From: Armatimonadetes bacterium 55-13
GTDB taxonomy: Bacteria; Armatimonadota; Fimbriimonadia; Fimbriimonadales; Fimbriimonadaceae
NCBI GenBank assembly: GCA_001898035.1
Contig: MKRX01000027.1
Span: forward strand, 25,001 to 89,000
Direction: 5' to 3'
Length of the DNA stretch: 64,000 bases
Notes under the pieces: model-generated
Seen by the model: the letters and a program-made list of their open reading frames with translations, nothing else
Database searches by the model: none
What the model was told of the DNA's origin: nothing
Part shown: positions 48,890-59,707 of the stretch, one piece after another
How the letters are laid out: every line of letters begins with the position of its first letter
Numbering within the stretch: position 1 is the first letter of the stretch
Translations under genes and position numbers: made by a program

Positions 48890-50734
48890 CTACAACTTCG
48901 TGTCGCTAGAACCTACGACAGGCTTGAGAGAGACCGTCTGAGGCCGTGTCCAACCCTTACCGGATGCGGTAACGGCCGAGTCGTTCACAAACGTCTCCTT
49001 CTTGCCAACCAACACCCGGAATGTCAACTGATAGTTCAGTTCTGGATTCAGGGAAGTGCGGGGCAAAGTGATCTCATAAGGAATTCTCGCGTCCTTTGCC
49101 TCCACGGTAGAACTGGCCAGTGGTTTGACCTCGTTCGATCCCGCCGCCGTCGCGATCAGATCCACCACCAACTTCGCCCCGGGTGGCAGTTTGACGCCGT
49201 CCGGCAACTTGGCGTAGCCCTGAAAGCTAACGTCGGCGGACTCCTTCCAATCTGTCTTCACGAACTGGGGACGCGTTCGATCGCTGGCCAACTCCTGAAC
49301 GGTCAGATAAACCCACTTTGCCACGCTCGTCAACTTCTTAAAGTTGACTTTGTCGATGGTGTCGCCCGCTCGGTGATAGTCGCGATGCTCACCCGTGAAG
49401 ACTTTGACGGTCGGAACGCCTCGCCAAACAAAGTTGCGAGTATCGCTTCGCTCCGTGCGGTCCTCCTTGTCGTTCTTTAAGCGCAAATTCACGAACCTGT
49501 TTGTGTCGAAAAGCAACTTCTCGAACTCGGGCGAATTCAGTCGAACGATTCCCGGATAAACCGAACGCTCGTTGTTCTCCGGGATATCCACTCCGGATTC
49601 CTCGTTCCGCCCCACCATATCCATGTTCACATAGGCCACCGTCTTATCCAGCGGCACGGTTGGCTTCATAGAGTAGGCAAAGGAACCATAGGTACCCGTC
49701 TCTTCCAAGGTCCAAAACGCGAAAACAACCGAACGTTTGGGACGCACCGGATTGCCCAAAATCGCTTTGGCGACCAAAAGGTTTGCGGTGCATCCGGAGC
49801 CATTGTCGTCCGCGCCAAATCGAATGCCATCGTTTGAAAGCCCCAGGTGATCTAGGTGAGAGCCGATGAGGACGCACTCGTCCTTTAACTTGGGATCGCT
49901 TCCCGGGAGAACCCCAACCACGTTCGTGGAGGGAATCTCTTTAGAAGTCACTTTGACCGCCAATTCAAACGGAACGTCGCTTGTCTCGATGGAAGTTTCG
50001 TTCCCTTCGGCTAAAAACTTGGCTGCACCGCACTTCGTCGCGATAGCCTTAACCGCATCCGCGGAAAATCGTGGTTGGCTATAGGCTTCGGTGCGCGGAT
50101 CGGGCATGTCTTTTACGGAGTAGGCGCGCCCCACGTCTCCCATCCTTCCGAACGGACTTGAACGAATGATTTGATCGAACTTCACCTTGGGATTTCGACG
50201 GAGCATGATCTCTGTGATCGCTGGGTTCCGAACGGCTTCGCTCGACAGGACAACCCATCGATCCTTTACCAAATCCCAGTTGACTTGGCTCAAGTCGGCT
50301 TTTTCGGACGCCTTGATAAACGCGAACTTCACTGCCGCTTGGGTGTCGCTGACCCCCCGAATGGAGAAGTCGTTCCCAAAGGCGTAACTGACGGAACCAT
50401 CTCCGCTCTTAAATGAGGTTCCGGCTGGATCGATACTGGACTCCAGCAAAACGAACCTTTGGAGGAAGGATCCTTTGTCTCCACCTGGCTGTAGACCCAT
50501 AGCTCTTAATTGGTCGGCCACAAACCCCGCTGCCGCAAAGAAATCGCCGTTAAACGCGTTGCGCCCATTAAAGGTCGGTCCCGCCAGGAAGTTCAAAATC
50601 GATTGGGCATCTTCCTGTTTGATCGAATCGAATCCCTTTCGCCATGAACTCGGAGCTTTCTGCGCGCCGGGATACTGCGCCAAGCAGCTTGAGATCGTTA
50701 AGGCAAATAGAAGGCAGACCGAGGTTCTTCTCAC
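48890..50734 (-). CDS. M28 family peptidase with an N-terminal PA domain (secreted)
   Basis: Signal peptide. Zn-ligand blocks GSHLDH, GADDNGSG and NMDMVG. Confidence 0.75.
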   Translation of the reverse strand: MRRTSVCLLFALTISSCLAQYPGAQKAPSSWRKGFDSIKQEDAQSILNFLAGPTFNGRNAFNGDFFAAAGFVADQLRAMGLQPGGDKGSFLQRFVLLESSIDPAGTSFKSGDGSVSYAFGNDFSIRGVSDTQAAVKFAFIKASEKADLSQVNWDLVKDRWVVLSSEAVRNPAITEIMLRRNPKVKFDQIIRSSPFGRMGDVGRAYSVKDMPDPRTEAYSQPRFSADAVKAIATKCGAAKFLAEGNETSIETSDVPFELAVKVTSKEIPSTNVVGVLPGSDPKLKDECVLIGSHLDHLGLSNDGIRFGADDNGSGCTANLLVAKAILGNPVRPKRSVVFAFWTLEETGTYGSFAYSMKPTVPLDKTVAYVNMDMVGRNEESGVDIPENNERSVYPGIVRLNSPEFEKLLFDTNRFVNLRLKNDKEDRTERSDTRNFVWRGVPTVKVFTGEHRDYHRAGDTIDKVNFKKLTSVAKWVYLTVQELASDRTRPQFVKTDWKESADVSFQGYAKLPDGVKLPPGAKLVVDLIATAAGSNEVKPLASSTVEAKDARIPYEITLPRTSLNPELNYQLTFRVLVGKKETFVNDSAVTASGKGWTRPQTVSLKPVVGSSDTKL

Positions 50735-50844
50735 AGAAATGCACCATACACCGAATCTTTACAGGAGGGAAGCAGAATTCCACTCCTGACCATTGCGCCA
50801 GAACCCGATTCGAAAATATCCTATCATCCCCAGTAGGCAAAGAA

Positions 50845-51936
50845 TTGACGTCACCAGAACCCACCCCCATCGTCGCCTTGATCCCGCCGACAACCCCCTT
50901 TGTTGGCCCCGAGGCCATCGAACGACAAATCGGTCGTAAGCTCAACCTCCGGCTCGGAGCCAATGAGAGTCTATTTGGCGCATCCCCGAAGGCCATTGCC
51001 GCCATGAAAAAAAAGGTTGAGTGGGGACACTTCTATGGTGACCCCGAGGCTTTCGATCTCCGCATGGCGATCGCTGAAGAACACGAGGCAGGCATCCAAA
51101 ACGTGGTCCTTGCCAGTGGAATAGATGAGCTACTCATGCTCTTCGCTCGTTGTTTCATCGCTCCCGGGGAACCCGTTGTGACCACGCTAGGCTCCTATCC
51201 CACGTTCGAATATGCCGTCAATAGCGTGGGAGGACGATTGGAACGTGTTACTTATCGAGACAACCGAGTCGACTTGGAAGCTCTGTTAGCCAAAACGAAG
51301 GAAACCAGGGCCAAGGTGCTTTATCTTGCCAATCCTGACAACCCTTCGAGCACTTGGCAGGGCGTTGAAGCAATTCGAAACTTCATCGACCAGATCCCTG
51401 CGGGCGTATTGCTCCTCCTCGATGAGGCTTACTATGACTTCGCCCCAAACGGCGACCCTTTCGATCCCACAAATCCTCAAGTTGTGCGTTTCCGAACTTT
51501 TAGCAAAGCGCACGGTATGGCCGGGATGAGGGTCGGTTATGCGTTAGCGCATTCTGATCATGTGGTTACGCTTAACAAGGTCAGGATGCACTTCGGTGTT
51601 AGTGGGGTGGCTCAAGCCGGCGCTCTTGCCGCACTTCAAGATACTGAGTTCGTAAAGAGCGTAATCGCCCAGACTCGCGCCACTCGATCTTGGCTGTCCG
51701 GCAAAATGGCCGAATCGGGATTTGACTCGCTCGACTCGGAGACGAACTTCCTCGTCACCGACCTCGGATCAGAGCCTCGGGCGACCGGCGTCCTCATGAA
51801 ACTCCGGGAACATGGCGTTTTCATCAGAAAGCCGATGGTTGCTCCCTTAGATCGCTTCATTCGAGTGACAATCGGAAGAAGGGAAGACACCGAGAGATTC
51901 TTTGAGATCTTCCAGGGGCTCCTTCAAACCGTCTGA
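50845..51936 (+). CDS. hisC: Histidinol-phosphate aminotransferase (class II aminotransferase); putative TTG start
   Basis: GANESLFG N-terminal motif. PLP-lysine region FSKAHGMAGMRVGY. No in-frame ATG exists upstream of the conserved N-terminus without overlapping the convergent M28 gene. Confidence 0.7.
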   Translation: MTSPEPTPIVALIPPTTPFVGPEAIERQIGRKLNLRLGANESLFGASPKAIAAMKKKVEWGHFYGDPEAFDLRMAIAEEHEAGIQNVVLASGIDELLMLFARCFIAPGEPVVTTLGSYPTFEYAVNSVGGRLERVTYRDNRVDLEALLAKTKETRAKVLYLANPDNPSSTWQGVEAIRNFIDQIPAGVLLLLDEAYYDFAPNGDPFDPTNPQVVRFRTFSKAHGMAGMRVGYALAHSDHVVTLNKVRMHFGVSGVAQAGALAALQDTEFVKSVIAQTRATRSWLSGKMAESGFDSLDSETNFLVTDLGSEPRATGVLMKLREHGVFIRKPMVAPLDRFIRVTIGRREDTERFFEIFQGLLQTV

Positions 51937-51965
51937 AACTTGTTTCGGCTAGAATCGGAAAGTTC

Positions 51966-53546
51966 ATGAGCACCTTCGTTAAGCTTGGCAAAGACGCCAA
52001 TCAAGCCCTCGGTATCGGTCAATTCGCCCTCGACTTTCTCAGTGGCGCCCTCGGACCCGGACCATCCGAGAAAGTGCTTGAGAGGGTTCGTCTGTTTCAC
52101 ACCGATTCCGTGCTTTGTGGACTTTCGGCACTTGCTCTTGGCACGAACGCCCCGACGATCTTGCGCGCAGAGGCTCTTGAATATCCCGATCCAGACGGAG
52201 CTATTGTTTTTGGAGCCAGTGAACGGGTCAAAGCGGAGAAGGCCGTGGTCGCCAACTCCAGCGCTGTACGAGAGTGGGACAGCAACGGTACCAACTTTGG
52301 CTACCGTCCCGAACTGGGACACACCGCCGGTGAATTCGGCCACAACGACTTCTACCCTGTCGTCATCGCCGCCTGTCAGCAGGGGGGACACGATGGCATC
52401 ACCGCTCTGAAGGCTATGGTGCTGCTCGACGAAATCCGCGGTCGACTGGCCGAAGTCTTCAGTCTCAAAACCTACAAGCTTGATCACGTCGTGCACGGAG
52501 CCATCGGTTCGGCGGCGACGTATGGCGCACTCCTGGGAGCCACTGCTGAGCAAATCGAAAGCGCCATTGGCATGTTCGTCGCGCACTACATACCTTGGCG
52601 CGCGATTCGTGCCGGAAAACAGCTGAGCGACTCAAAGGGAGCCAGTGCCGCCATCTCCACCGAAGCCGCCATCCTCTGTATGAAGCGAGCGATGCGTGGC
52701 TTCGTCGGTCCCCGAGACATCTTCCGAAATCCCGAAGCCATCTTCCGCTTCTTCGAACCCACCACCGAAGGCGCCGCTCGCTGGAAGGAACAGGGCGATT
52801 CGCCGTTCGAACTCGTCCTCTCCCATTCGGGCGATGACTTTGCCGTCATGGGAATGCACTTTAAGCTGGGGCTCTATGAGCATCAGTCGGCTGGCGCGCT
52901 CCAAGGCGTGATCGATCTCCTGGCCGCCAATCCGAGCCTGTTGATAAAGGACGCCATCGAAAAGATCGTCATCCTCGCCTATGAACCAGCTTTCGGCATC
53001 ATTGGCAACCCCATGAAGAAGGACCCTAAGACCCGACAGAGTGCCGATCACTCCATGGCGTACATCGTCGCGACGCTCATTCGAAAGGCGATTGAAAGGG
53101 GTTCGCTTCCCACCGGCGGCGGAGCCCACGACGAGGTTTGGAAATCCCTCATGCTTACGCCCTACGACTACCAAGTCGCCGATTCTGCCATCTACCACCC
53201 CTTGACCCGAGACCTCATGAGCCGAATCGAGTTCGCCCATGGCGGTCCCGACTACGATGCTAAATACCCCGACGGCATCCCGACCTCCCTCATCATCACT
53301 GATAAGGAAGGGAAGGCGTATGACTCAGGACTGGTGATGTACCCGGCGGGACATGCGAGAAACACCACCGCTAACCTTCCCGACATTCTTCGTCATAAGT
53401 TCAACCTCTTGGGTGAACTGAGCGTACCAGTGGGTGCGAATGTTGCAGGATTGGTAGATCGTCTCGAATCTATCGGCAGTCTTTCCGCTGAGTCCTTAGC
53501 GTCACTTTATGACGTCGAGATTGGATCCCGCCCGGGCTTTGAGTAA
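51966..53546 (+). CDS. MmgE/PrpD family protein (2-methylcitrate dehydratase-like)
   Basis: Size and conserved helical-domain pattern of the PrpD family. Confidence 0.7.
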   Translation: MSTFVKLGKDANQALGIGQFALDFLSGALGPGPSEKVLERVRLFHTDSVLCGLSALALGTNAPTILRAEALEYPDPDGAIVFGASERVKAEKAVVANSSAVREWDSNGTNFGYRPELGHTAGEFGHNDFYPVVIAACQQGGHDGITALKAMVLLDEIRGRLAEVFSLKTYKLDHVVHGAIGSAATYGALLGATAEQIESAIGMFVAHYIPWRAIRAGKQLSDSKGASAAISTEAAILCMKRAMRGFVGPRDIFRNPEAIFRFFEPTTEGAARWKEQGDSPFELVLSHSGDDFAVMGMHFKLGLYEHQSAGALQGVIDLLAANPSLLIKDAIEKIVILAYEPAFGIIGNPMKKDPKTRQSADHSMAYIVATLIRKAIERGSLPTGGGAHDEVWKSLMLTPYDYQVADSAIYHPLTRDLMSRIEFAHGGPDYDAKYPDGIPTSLIITDKEGKAYDSGLVMYPAGHARNTTANLPDILRHKFNLLGELSVPVGANVAGLVDRLESIGSLSAESLASLYDVEIGSRPGFE

Positions 53547-53555
53547 TCTCGCGCC

Positions 53556-54320
53556 ATGCTTGCAACGTTGCTTCTTGGGGGCTTGATTCTCGGCCCTGCG
53601 AAAGGTGTAGTCGTCGTCGATATGTTGGCCATTGGCCGCCTGGAAAACGGTCGCTGGTATACCGCTAAAGCTGAGCCAAATGACCCGGTTGGCAAAACTG
53701 GCGCCGCCAAATACTATCCGCTGTCTATGTCTGGCATCGGCGCTCCCATCAGCCTTCCCAAGCTGCGTTTTGACGAAGAGGTTGCGCCCGGTTGGTATAT
53801 CGAATATGTTGAGAAAGCCGCCAGTACCGCGCTCTGGACGGGTACTCCTGCTAAAGCCGCCAAAGTCGTCAAGTACTCGCCGACTTCCAAGACCTATGTG
53901 GACGTTGTAAAGGCGCATCTTCAGGCGAAAGGACTCAAGAATTCCAAGCCGCGAATCAACGCCGTCTACGGTGTGGACCTTGATGGCGATGGAACCCGAG
54001 AAATCCTGATCGAAGCCGCCCCGAAGGCAGACATGCGTGGCACCACCATGGGTGAGAATCCGAACAAGGCGGACTACACGTCGATCCTGGTTCGCTACGT
54101 CTCCGGCTCAAAGGTTGTGACCAAGGTGATCGCGCATCACGACGCAAAGAGCGGTTATCTCTCGGATGCCGACCAATTGCGAGGATTGGCCGATCTCGAT
54201 GGCGATGGTGTTCTGGAGATCGTTACCAGTTCCAACTACTATGAGGGCTCCAGCGCCGCCGTCTGGAACTTCAAGAAGGGCAAGCTCATCAAGCTTGTTG
54301 AAAACGGCTCCGGCGTCTAG
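53556..54320 (+). CDS. Hypothetical secreted protein with two DxDGDG (FG-GAP-like) Ca-binding motifs
   Basis: Signal peptide. Motifs VDLDGDGTRE and LADLDGDGVLE. Confidence 0.45.
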   Translation: MLATLLLGGLILGPAKGVVVVDMLAIGRLENGRWYTAKAEPNDPVGKTGAAKYYPLSMSGIGAPISLPKLRFDEEVAPGWYIEYVEKAASTALWTGTPAKAAKVVKYSPTSKTYVDVVKAHLQAKGLKNSKPRINAVYGVDLDGDGTREILIEAAPKADMRGTTMGENPNKADYTSILVRYVSGSKVVTKVIAHHDAKSGYLSDADQLRGLADLDGDGVLEIVTSSNYYEGSSAAVWNFKKGKLIKLVENGSGV

Positions 54321-55924
54321 TCTTGGCCGAGATAAGCGCGGGCGTGGATCATCTCCGGAAGATCTGCGTCCGCTGTGGGCCACTCCTTGATAACCTTCTC
54401 ATAAGCTCTTTTCGCTTGAACGCGGTCCCCCGCCTTCTCATAGGCAAATGCTATCCCGTAGAGTAGCCAACCACTAAGAGGACGTTCCTTCAATCCAGAT
54501 TGAAAAGCCCGGATCGCCTCGGCGTTTTCCCCCGCCCGAATCAGCACAAAACCTAAAGTCTCGTGAGGTAAGCGGTAGAAGTGGGGCGGTTCTGAATAAG
54601 CCGTTTTGTGGTAGGTGCGAATGGATTCCTCGAGCCTCTGCCTTGCCGCGGAATACTCGCCCTTCGCTGCCAGAGCCTCCCCGGCCAGAGCTTCCGTTTC
54701 GGCTTTCAACACGCGATAGGTTGTAACGTCCGTCACGTCTCTACTTTCCGAAAGGTATTTCTCGATCGATTCGACCTTGGCGGTCGCCCCGGCAATATCC
54801 CCTTGCTCCAAAAGCAGGCGGCCCCGGTAAACCGAGGCTAGCGTAGGAACCTTCTCATGGAGTCCATTGGGCCAAGGAAACTTAACCAAGTCCGCCCACT
54901 TGCCCTGGCGAACCAGAACCGCCATCTGCGAACCGGACTTGGCGCCCACTTCAGCCGCCTCCCTCAGCTTTCCCATTTCGATCAAATTCACCGTCATGAA
55001 GGCCAAGTTGTGCCCATACTGCCAATCCGCGTCCCCAGGCGTAACCCCTAGTTTCTCCGCGTAAGCCTCGTCGACTCGCTGAGACTTCCGAAAAGCCTCC
55101 AACGCCTCCTGGTAGCGCCCAACTCGAAAGAAGATGTGCCCCGGCATATGGACGAGGTGGGGGGACTCTGAATCCAGCGCCGCCAGCCGAAGGGCATATT
55201 CAACCGCTTTATCCGGATTGCGAGGCTCATAAGCGTGAATGGCATAGTGCAGTGCCCCCATGTTTTTGCCGTCGCGTTTCAGAATAGGATCAACCAGTTC
55301 CGCAACTTTGATCAGATCGCCTCGGACGACATCTTCCTCGCAGTAACCCGACATGCAGAGCTGACACCGCAAACCCGCCCACACCAGTCGCGGTTCCGCA
55401 AGGGTCGGGTGCTCGTTGATCAACTTTTGCATCTCACGCTCAAAAACCGTCCCCCGGTCGTCTCCGTCAAAAGAACGCAACCGAATCGCTCGAATAAACG
55501 TTTGCTCAATCTCCGAGGCTGAATTCACATGCGAGATCGCTTTCTGAATCGCATACTCTGCCTCCCCCCGATATTCGTCCCGATGATTCCAGGGCTGAGT
55601 CAGCGCAACGTTAAGTCCTGCCCAGGCGATGGCGCAGGTCGGATCTTCCTTCGCCGCATCCCGAAAACTACGGATTGCTTCGAAGAACCAAAAGCCGTGA
55701 ATGAGCGCAAACCCCTGCTGGCATAATCGTCGAGCCTTCTCGCTCTTTGTCGTGATCGGCATATCCGACGACCCGACTTTGCTCAACATGGTGCCCGATG
55801 GGTAGGACACGACCGGAGCATTTTTAGGAGGAACGCAAGGCTGGGCAAGAGCCCCCTGTACTGCCGCAACGATAAGGACGAGAGTCACCGCTTTCATCGG
55901 TTTCCTCATTATATGGCCATGCAA
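54317..55924 (-). CDS. Secreted TPR-repeat protein
   Basis: Signal peptide. Numerous TPR-like repeats. Confidence 0.55.
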   Translation of the reverse strand: MHGHIMRKPMKAVTLVLIVAAVQGALAQPCVPPKNAPVVSYPSGTMLSKVGSSDMPITTKSEKARRLCQQGFALIHGFWFFEAIRSFRDAAKEDPTCAIAWAGLNVALTQPWNHRDEYRGEAEYAIQKAISHVNSASEIEQTFIRAIRLRSFDGDDRGTVFEREMQKLINEHPTLAEPRLVWAGLRCQLCMSGYCEEDVVRGDLIKVAELVDPILKRDGKNMGALHYAIHAYEPRNPDKAVEYALRLAALDSESPHLVHMPGHIFFRVGRYQEALEAFRKSQRVDEAYAEKLGVTPGDADWQYGHNLAFMTVNLIEMGKLREAAEVGAKSGSQMAVLVRQGKWADLVKFPWPNGLHEKVPTLASVYRGRLLLEQGDIAGATAKVESIEKYLSESRDVTDVTTYRVLKAETEALAGEALAAKGEYSAARQRLEESIRTYHKTAYSEPPHFYRLPHETLGFVLIRAGENAEAIRAFQSGLKERPLSGWLLYGIAFAYEKAGDRVQAKRAYEKVIKEWPTADADLPEMIHARAYLGQD

Positions 55925-56020
55925 TCACCCAACTTCAATTGAAAATCCTTGCGGATTAAGTTAGGCTTAGCGTGAGGTGGGCATTCTGAACGCAAGCAGA
56001 CAACTGCCCGTTAACATGAT

Positions 56021-56296
56021 ATGAAGTCGGCAAACGGTGTTCTGATCTTAGTGCTTGGCATCCTTTCGTGGGTGGGTTTCGGTTGCTTGGCGGGAATTCC
56101 CGCTTGGATCATGGGCAATAGCGCCTTGAGAGAAATCGATAGCGGGCGGGCAGATCCAAGCGAACGCGGGATTGTTCAGGCTGGCCGAATCCTCGGAATG
56201 GTTAATTGCATTCTCGTACTCGTCTTTATCCTGATTTGGGTGATTTTCTTTGGTGGCCTTGTCGCCCTCGGCATCTTTGCCGGCTCTCAAAAATAA
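56021..56296 (+). CDS. DUF4190 small membrane protein
   Basis: Two TM helices flanking a GNSALREI motif typical of DUF4190. Confidence 0.5.
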   Translation: MKSANGVLILVLGILSWVGFGCLAGIPAWIMGNSALREIDSGRADPSERGIVQAGRILGMVNCILVLVFILIWVIFFGGLVALGIFAGSQK

Positions 56297-56315
56297 GCAA
56301 AAGGGCCGTCAGATC

Positions 56316-57617
56316 CTAAGTGGAACTGGCGGCCTTCAGTTTCTCCGCCAAGTCTGAGCCAATCACAATCTTGATCTCAGGCCCATATTCGCCGGCCTTG
56401 ACATCCTTCTCGATTGAAGTCGCTCCCAGCAACTGCTGAATCGCCCGCGCCGCTTCTTCAAAAGATGCTTTTCGATACACGATCGTCGTCACGTCGGTAG
56501 AAGAAGCGTTTCCCGGGGCCGAAGCGTTGTATCCTTCGGCGTCCAGCATGTTTGCCGCCGCCCGAGCCACGCCCGGAATCTTGGAGCCGTTCCGAATCTC
56601 AATGCGAACCAGACGCCGCATCGCGTGGTCGTCACCCTTGATCAGCCAATCCACCGTTGCCTGCGCCCGTTCCTGGTCCAGAGTGTAGTAATAAACCCCG
56701 TCCCGCTTCCCATCTTCGCCCGGCACCGTCCCGGAAACCATGCTTTCCTTGGCCTCCTTGAAAATATTGGCCAAGGCTACACATTGAGAGCGCTTCAAGT
56801 CCGTTTCGATCTGATTGAAGCCGGTGTCGATAATTTCATCGGCCCGAAGCAGATTGGAAGTCGACTTTGCCGAAGACATCAGGGCCGCCACCAACTGCTG
56901 TTGCCTGGCCGCCCGCCGAATGTCGCCCTCTTCCTTAGAACTCTTCACACCGCGCAAAGGAATCATGTTCCCCCGTGAGTCCATCCGATACCGGTTCACC
57001 TCGCGGAACCGAACGAACCCCTCCGCCTGAGCGCCATCGATGTGCTGAGAGCCCTCTGGAAGATGAACGTGAAGCCCCCCCCAGTTGTCGTCGTAGTTCA
57101 TCTCGTCGATCGTCTCGACCTGAACTCCGCCCACCGCATCCACGATCTCTCGCACGGCGTCTGGCTTGACAATCACATAATGGTCGATCGTCACCCCAAA
57201 CAAATCGTGCAAAGTATCCTTCAAAAGTTCAATCCCACCGCGCGCGAACGTGGCGTTGATCTTGCCAGACTTCCCATCGCGCGCGGTGACAAACGTATCG
57301 CGCGGTACCGAGCACGCTCGAACCTGCTTGCTGTCCAGGTCCATGCTCAGCATCATGATCGTATCCGCGCGAGAGGCTTTGGTGTAGATGAAGCCCTTAT
57401 TGTTGTGGTTGTAGTCCTGCCCCACCAACAAAAGGGTCATCTTGTTGACGCCCGGAAAAGAGTCTCGTGGGTTGGTGACGACATGGATCGCTTCCGTAAA
57501 GCTCATGCCCTCGTCGCTAATGCTCTTAACAACGTTCAAACCCAGGCGCACCCCTGCCCCAGCGGCAAGGCAACCCATGAGAAAAAGGCCGTAAAGAACC
57601 CGGCGGAACCACTTCAT
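56316..57617 (-). CDS. LytR-CpsA-Psr (LCP) family protein with a C-terminal LytR_C domain
   Basis: N-terminal TM helix. LCP core (LLVGQD…, RVACSVPRDTFV). Confidence 0.75.
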   Translation of the reverse strand: MKWFRRVLYGLFLMGCLAAGAGVRLGLNVVKSISDEGMSFTEAIHVVTNPRDSFPGVNKMTLLLVGQDYNHNNKGFIYTKASRADTIMMLSMDLDSKQVRACSVPRDTFVTARDGKSGKINATFARGGIELLKDTLHDLFGVTIDHYVIVKPDAVREIVDAVGGVQVETIDEMNYDDNWGGLHVHLPEGSQHIDGAQAEGFVRFREVNRYRMDSRGNMIPLRGVKSSKEEGDIRRAARQQQLVAALMSSAKSTSNLLRADEIIDTGFNQIETDLKRSQCVALANIFKEAKESMVSGTVPGEDGKRDGVYYYTLDQERAQATVDWLIKGDDHAMRRLVRIEIRNGSKIPGVARAAANMLDAEGYNASAPGNASSTDVTTIVYRKASFEEAARAIQQLLGATSIEKDVKAGEYGPEIKIVIGSDLAEKLKAASST

Positions 57618-57696
57618 CTGATCTAATCCACAAGTATACGGACTGTTTGGTTCCCACTGATAACCCTTCGCCCTTTGCCCCAGTAGAATGAGACCT

Positions 57697-58152
57697 ATGG
57701 CAAATACTCACGAGTATCCGGTCACAGTGAAGTGGTCAGGCGGTCGTGACGGCGAAGGCGTCGTCACCGCGGATCGTTCCGGTGTTTCCAACCCCATTGG
57801 CGTTCCCGCAGAATTCCAGGGAACCGGCAAGGGCACGAACCCCGAAGAACTCCTCGCTGCCGCCGTGGCAAGCTGCTACAGCATCACGTTCGGCATCATC
57901 GCCGCCAACCAAAAGCTCCCAGTTACGAACCTGGATGTCTCCGCAGTTGGAGAGGTCACTCAGAACGGAGCCAGCTTCGTTTACACCAAGATCACGATCA
58001 ACCCGACCATCGCTCTGAGCGCAGATGCCACTGAAGACCAGGTCGCCAAAGCCCATGATATGGCTCACAAAGCCGACAGCTATTGCATTATCACCAACGC
58101 GGTGCGAGGCAAAGTAGAAATCGTCGTTGAACCGAACATCGTCAAGATCTAA
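57697..58152 (+). CDS. OsmC family peroxiredoxin
   Basis: Conserved Cys pair (ASCYSIT … DSYCIITNA). Confidence 0.8.
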   Translation: MANTHEYPVTVKWSGGRDGEGVVTADRSGVSNPIGVPAEFQGTGKGTNPEELLAAAVASCYSITFGIIAANQKLPVTNLDVSAVGEVTQNGASFVYTKITINPTIALSADATEDQVAKAHDMAHKADSYCIITNAVRGKVEIVVEPNIVKI

Positions 58153-58158
58153 ACCTCC

Positions 58159-58908
58159 ATGACCTTGGAAGAGGCCACCGAAGCCTTCGGAAAAGGCTTC
58201 ACCTACACCCGCAGCTTCACCCACCCTTACGAATGGACAAGGGTGGGCAAGCTCCTCGTGATGCGTGACGCCGCTCGAAATTCGGGTGACTACCGTGTCG
58301 AAGAGATCGTGATCCTCGGCATCGCTCCCGAAGAAGCCGTCGCCGCCATCCGGGATTATGCACCCAAGAAATTCGCCATCAGTGTCCTCCTCCACCCGGA
58401 TCAGCCAGAGGGCCAGATCAAAGACGCCTACAAAGCCCACGGCTTCCGCCTACTGAGAAGGGAACCCATGATGATCCTTGAGCCCACTGCCCAGGCCGTT
58501 CCCCAAACGAACTACTCTCTCCGACGAGTCCTCGGCCAAGAAGACGCCGACGCCATCGCCCGTGTCACCGGTCACCGAGCCATCCTGCCCGAAGACATCC
58601 ACCAAGGAGATGCCAAGCTTCGCCTCTATGCCGCCTTTGATGACTGCCGTCCAGTCGCCTGGGTTCGCAGCGTAGACTCCGGCCCTGGCATTCGCTGGGT
58701 CAGTAACATGTTCGTTCAAGAGGATCATCGACGAAAAGGCATCGCCCGCGCGCTCATGACTCACATGCTAAACGAGGACCACAGCTTCGGCGCAAAATGG
58801 AGCGTCCTCCTCGCCAGTCAAGCTGGCGCCCAGCTCTACCCCCATCTCGGTTATCGACAGATTGGACTGCTCCAACTCTTCGCACCGAAGAAAGATCGGT
58901 GGCCATAA
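58159..58908 (+). CDS. GNAT family N-acetyltransferase
   Basis: Motif A HRRKGIARALMTHML. Confidence 0.55.
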   Translation: MTLEEATEAFGKGFTYTRSFTHPYEWTRVGKLLVMRDAARNSGDYRVEEIVILGIAPEEAVAAIRDYAPKKFAISVLLHPDQPEGQIKDAYKAHGFRLLRREPMMILEPTAQAVPQTNYSLRRVLGQEDADAIARVTGHRAILPEDIHQGDAKLRLYAAFDDCRPVAWVRSVDSGPGIRWVSNMFVQEDHRRKGIARALMTHMLNEDHSFGAKWSVLLASQAGAQLYPHLGYRQIGLLQLFAPKKDRWP

Positions 58909-58915
58909 TAGGCTG

Positions 58916-59707
58916 ATGCGTAAAAAGCTCGTAGCCGGAAACTGGAAAATGAACATGACCGCGGCCGAGGCCGCCGCGACCGTCGAATCCCTCGTCGAGT
59001 CCATCGACTACCGAGATTCCGTAGACATGGTCGTCTGCCCGTCCTATCTCTGTATCCCCAAGACCGTCGAGCTGCTCCATGACTCGCACATCAAAGTCGG
59101 CGCTCAGGATGTCTTCTGGATGCCCAAAGGTGCATTCACCGGAAAAGTCAGCGCCCCCATGCTCAAAGCCGCTGGCTGTGCCTACTGCATCGTGGGTCAC
59201 TCGGAAACCCGGGGCCGCTTCGGCAAGCTGGAAATTGCCGACACCGCCGTCAGCCACTTCTCCGAGACCGATCACACCGTCAACCTCAAAATCGCTGCGC
59301 TGCTAGAGCAGGGAATCGTCCCCATCCTCTGTGTAGGGGAATCCCAAGTCGAGCGCGAGAACAACATGACCGACGCCGTCATCACCACCCAATTGGAAAA
59401 GGCGCTGGACGGTTTCGACCCAGATGAGCTTGATGACCTGGTCGTAGCTTACGAGCCCGTTTGGGCAATCGGCACCGGCAAAACCTGCGAAACTGCCGAA
59501 GCCGAAAGGGTCTGCGCCATGATCCGCATCGTAATCGGAGAGATCATCGGAACTTCCCACGCCAAAGGCATTCGAGTCCTTTACGGCGGAAGTGTAAAGG
59601 CCTCCAATGCCCACGAACTTTTTAGCCAGCCCAACATTGATGGTGGACTCGTCGGCGGAGCCAGCCTCGATCCCAAGGAGTTCGCCGCCATTGTAGGGGC
59701 CGCGTAA
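58916..59707 (+). CDS. tpiA: Triose-phosphate isomerase
   Basis: VAGNWKMN N-terminal motif. Catalytic His (VGHSE), Glu (YEPVWAIGTG) and GGS(V/L) loops. Confidence 0.9.
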   Translation: MRKKLVAGNWKMNMTAAEAAATVESLVESIDYRDSVDMVVCPSYLCIPKTVELLHDSHIKVGAQDVFWMPKGAFTGKVSAPMLKAAGCAYCIVGHSETRGRFGKLEIADTAVSHFSETDHTVNLKIAALLEQGIVPILCVGESQVERENNMTDAVITTQLEKALDGFDPDELDDLVVAYEPVWAIGTGKTCETAEAERVCAMIRIVIGEIIGTSHAKGIRVLYGGSVKASNAHELFSQPNIDGGLVGGASLDPKEFAAIVGAA

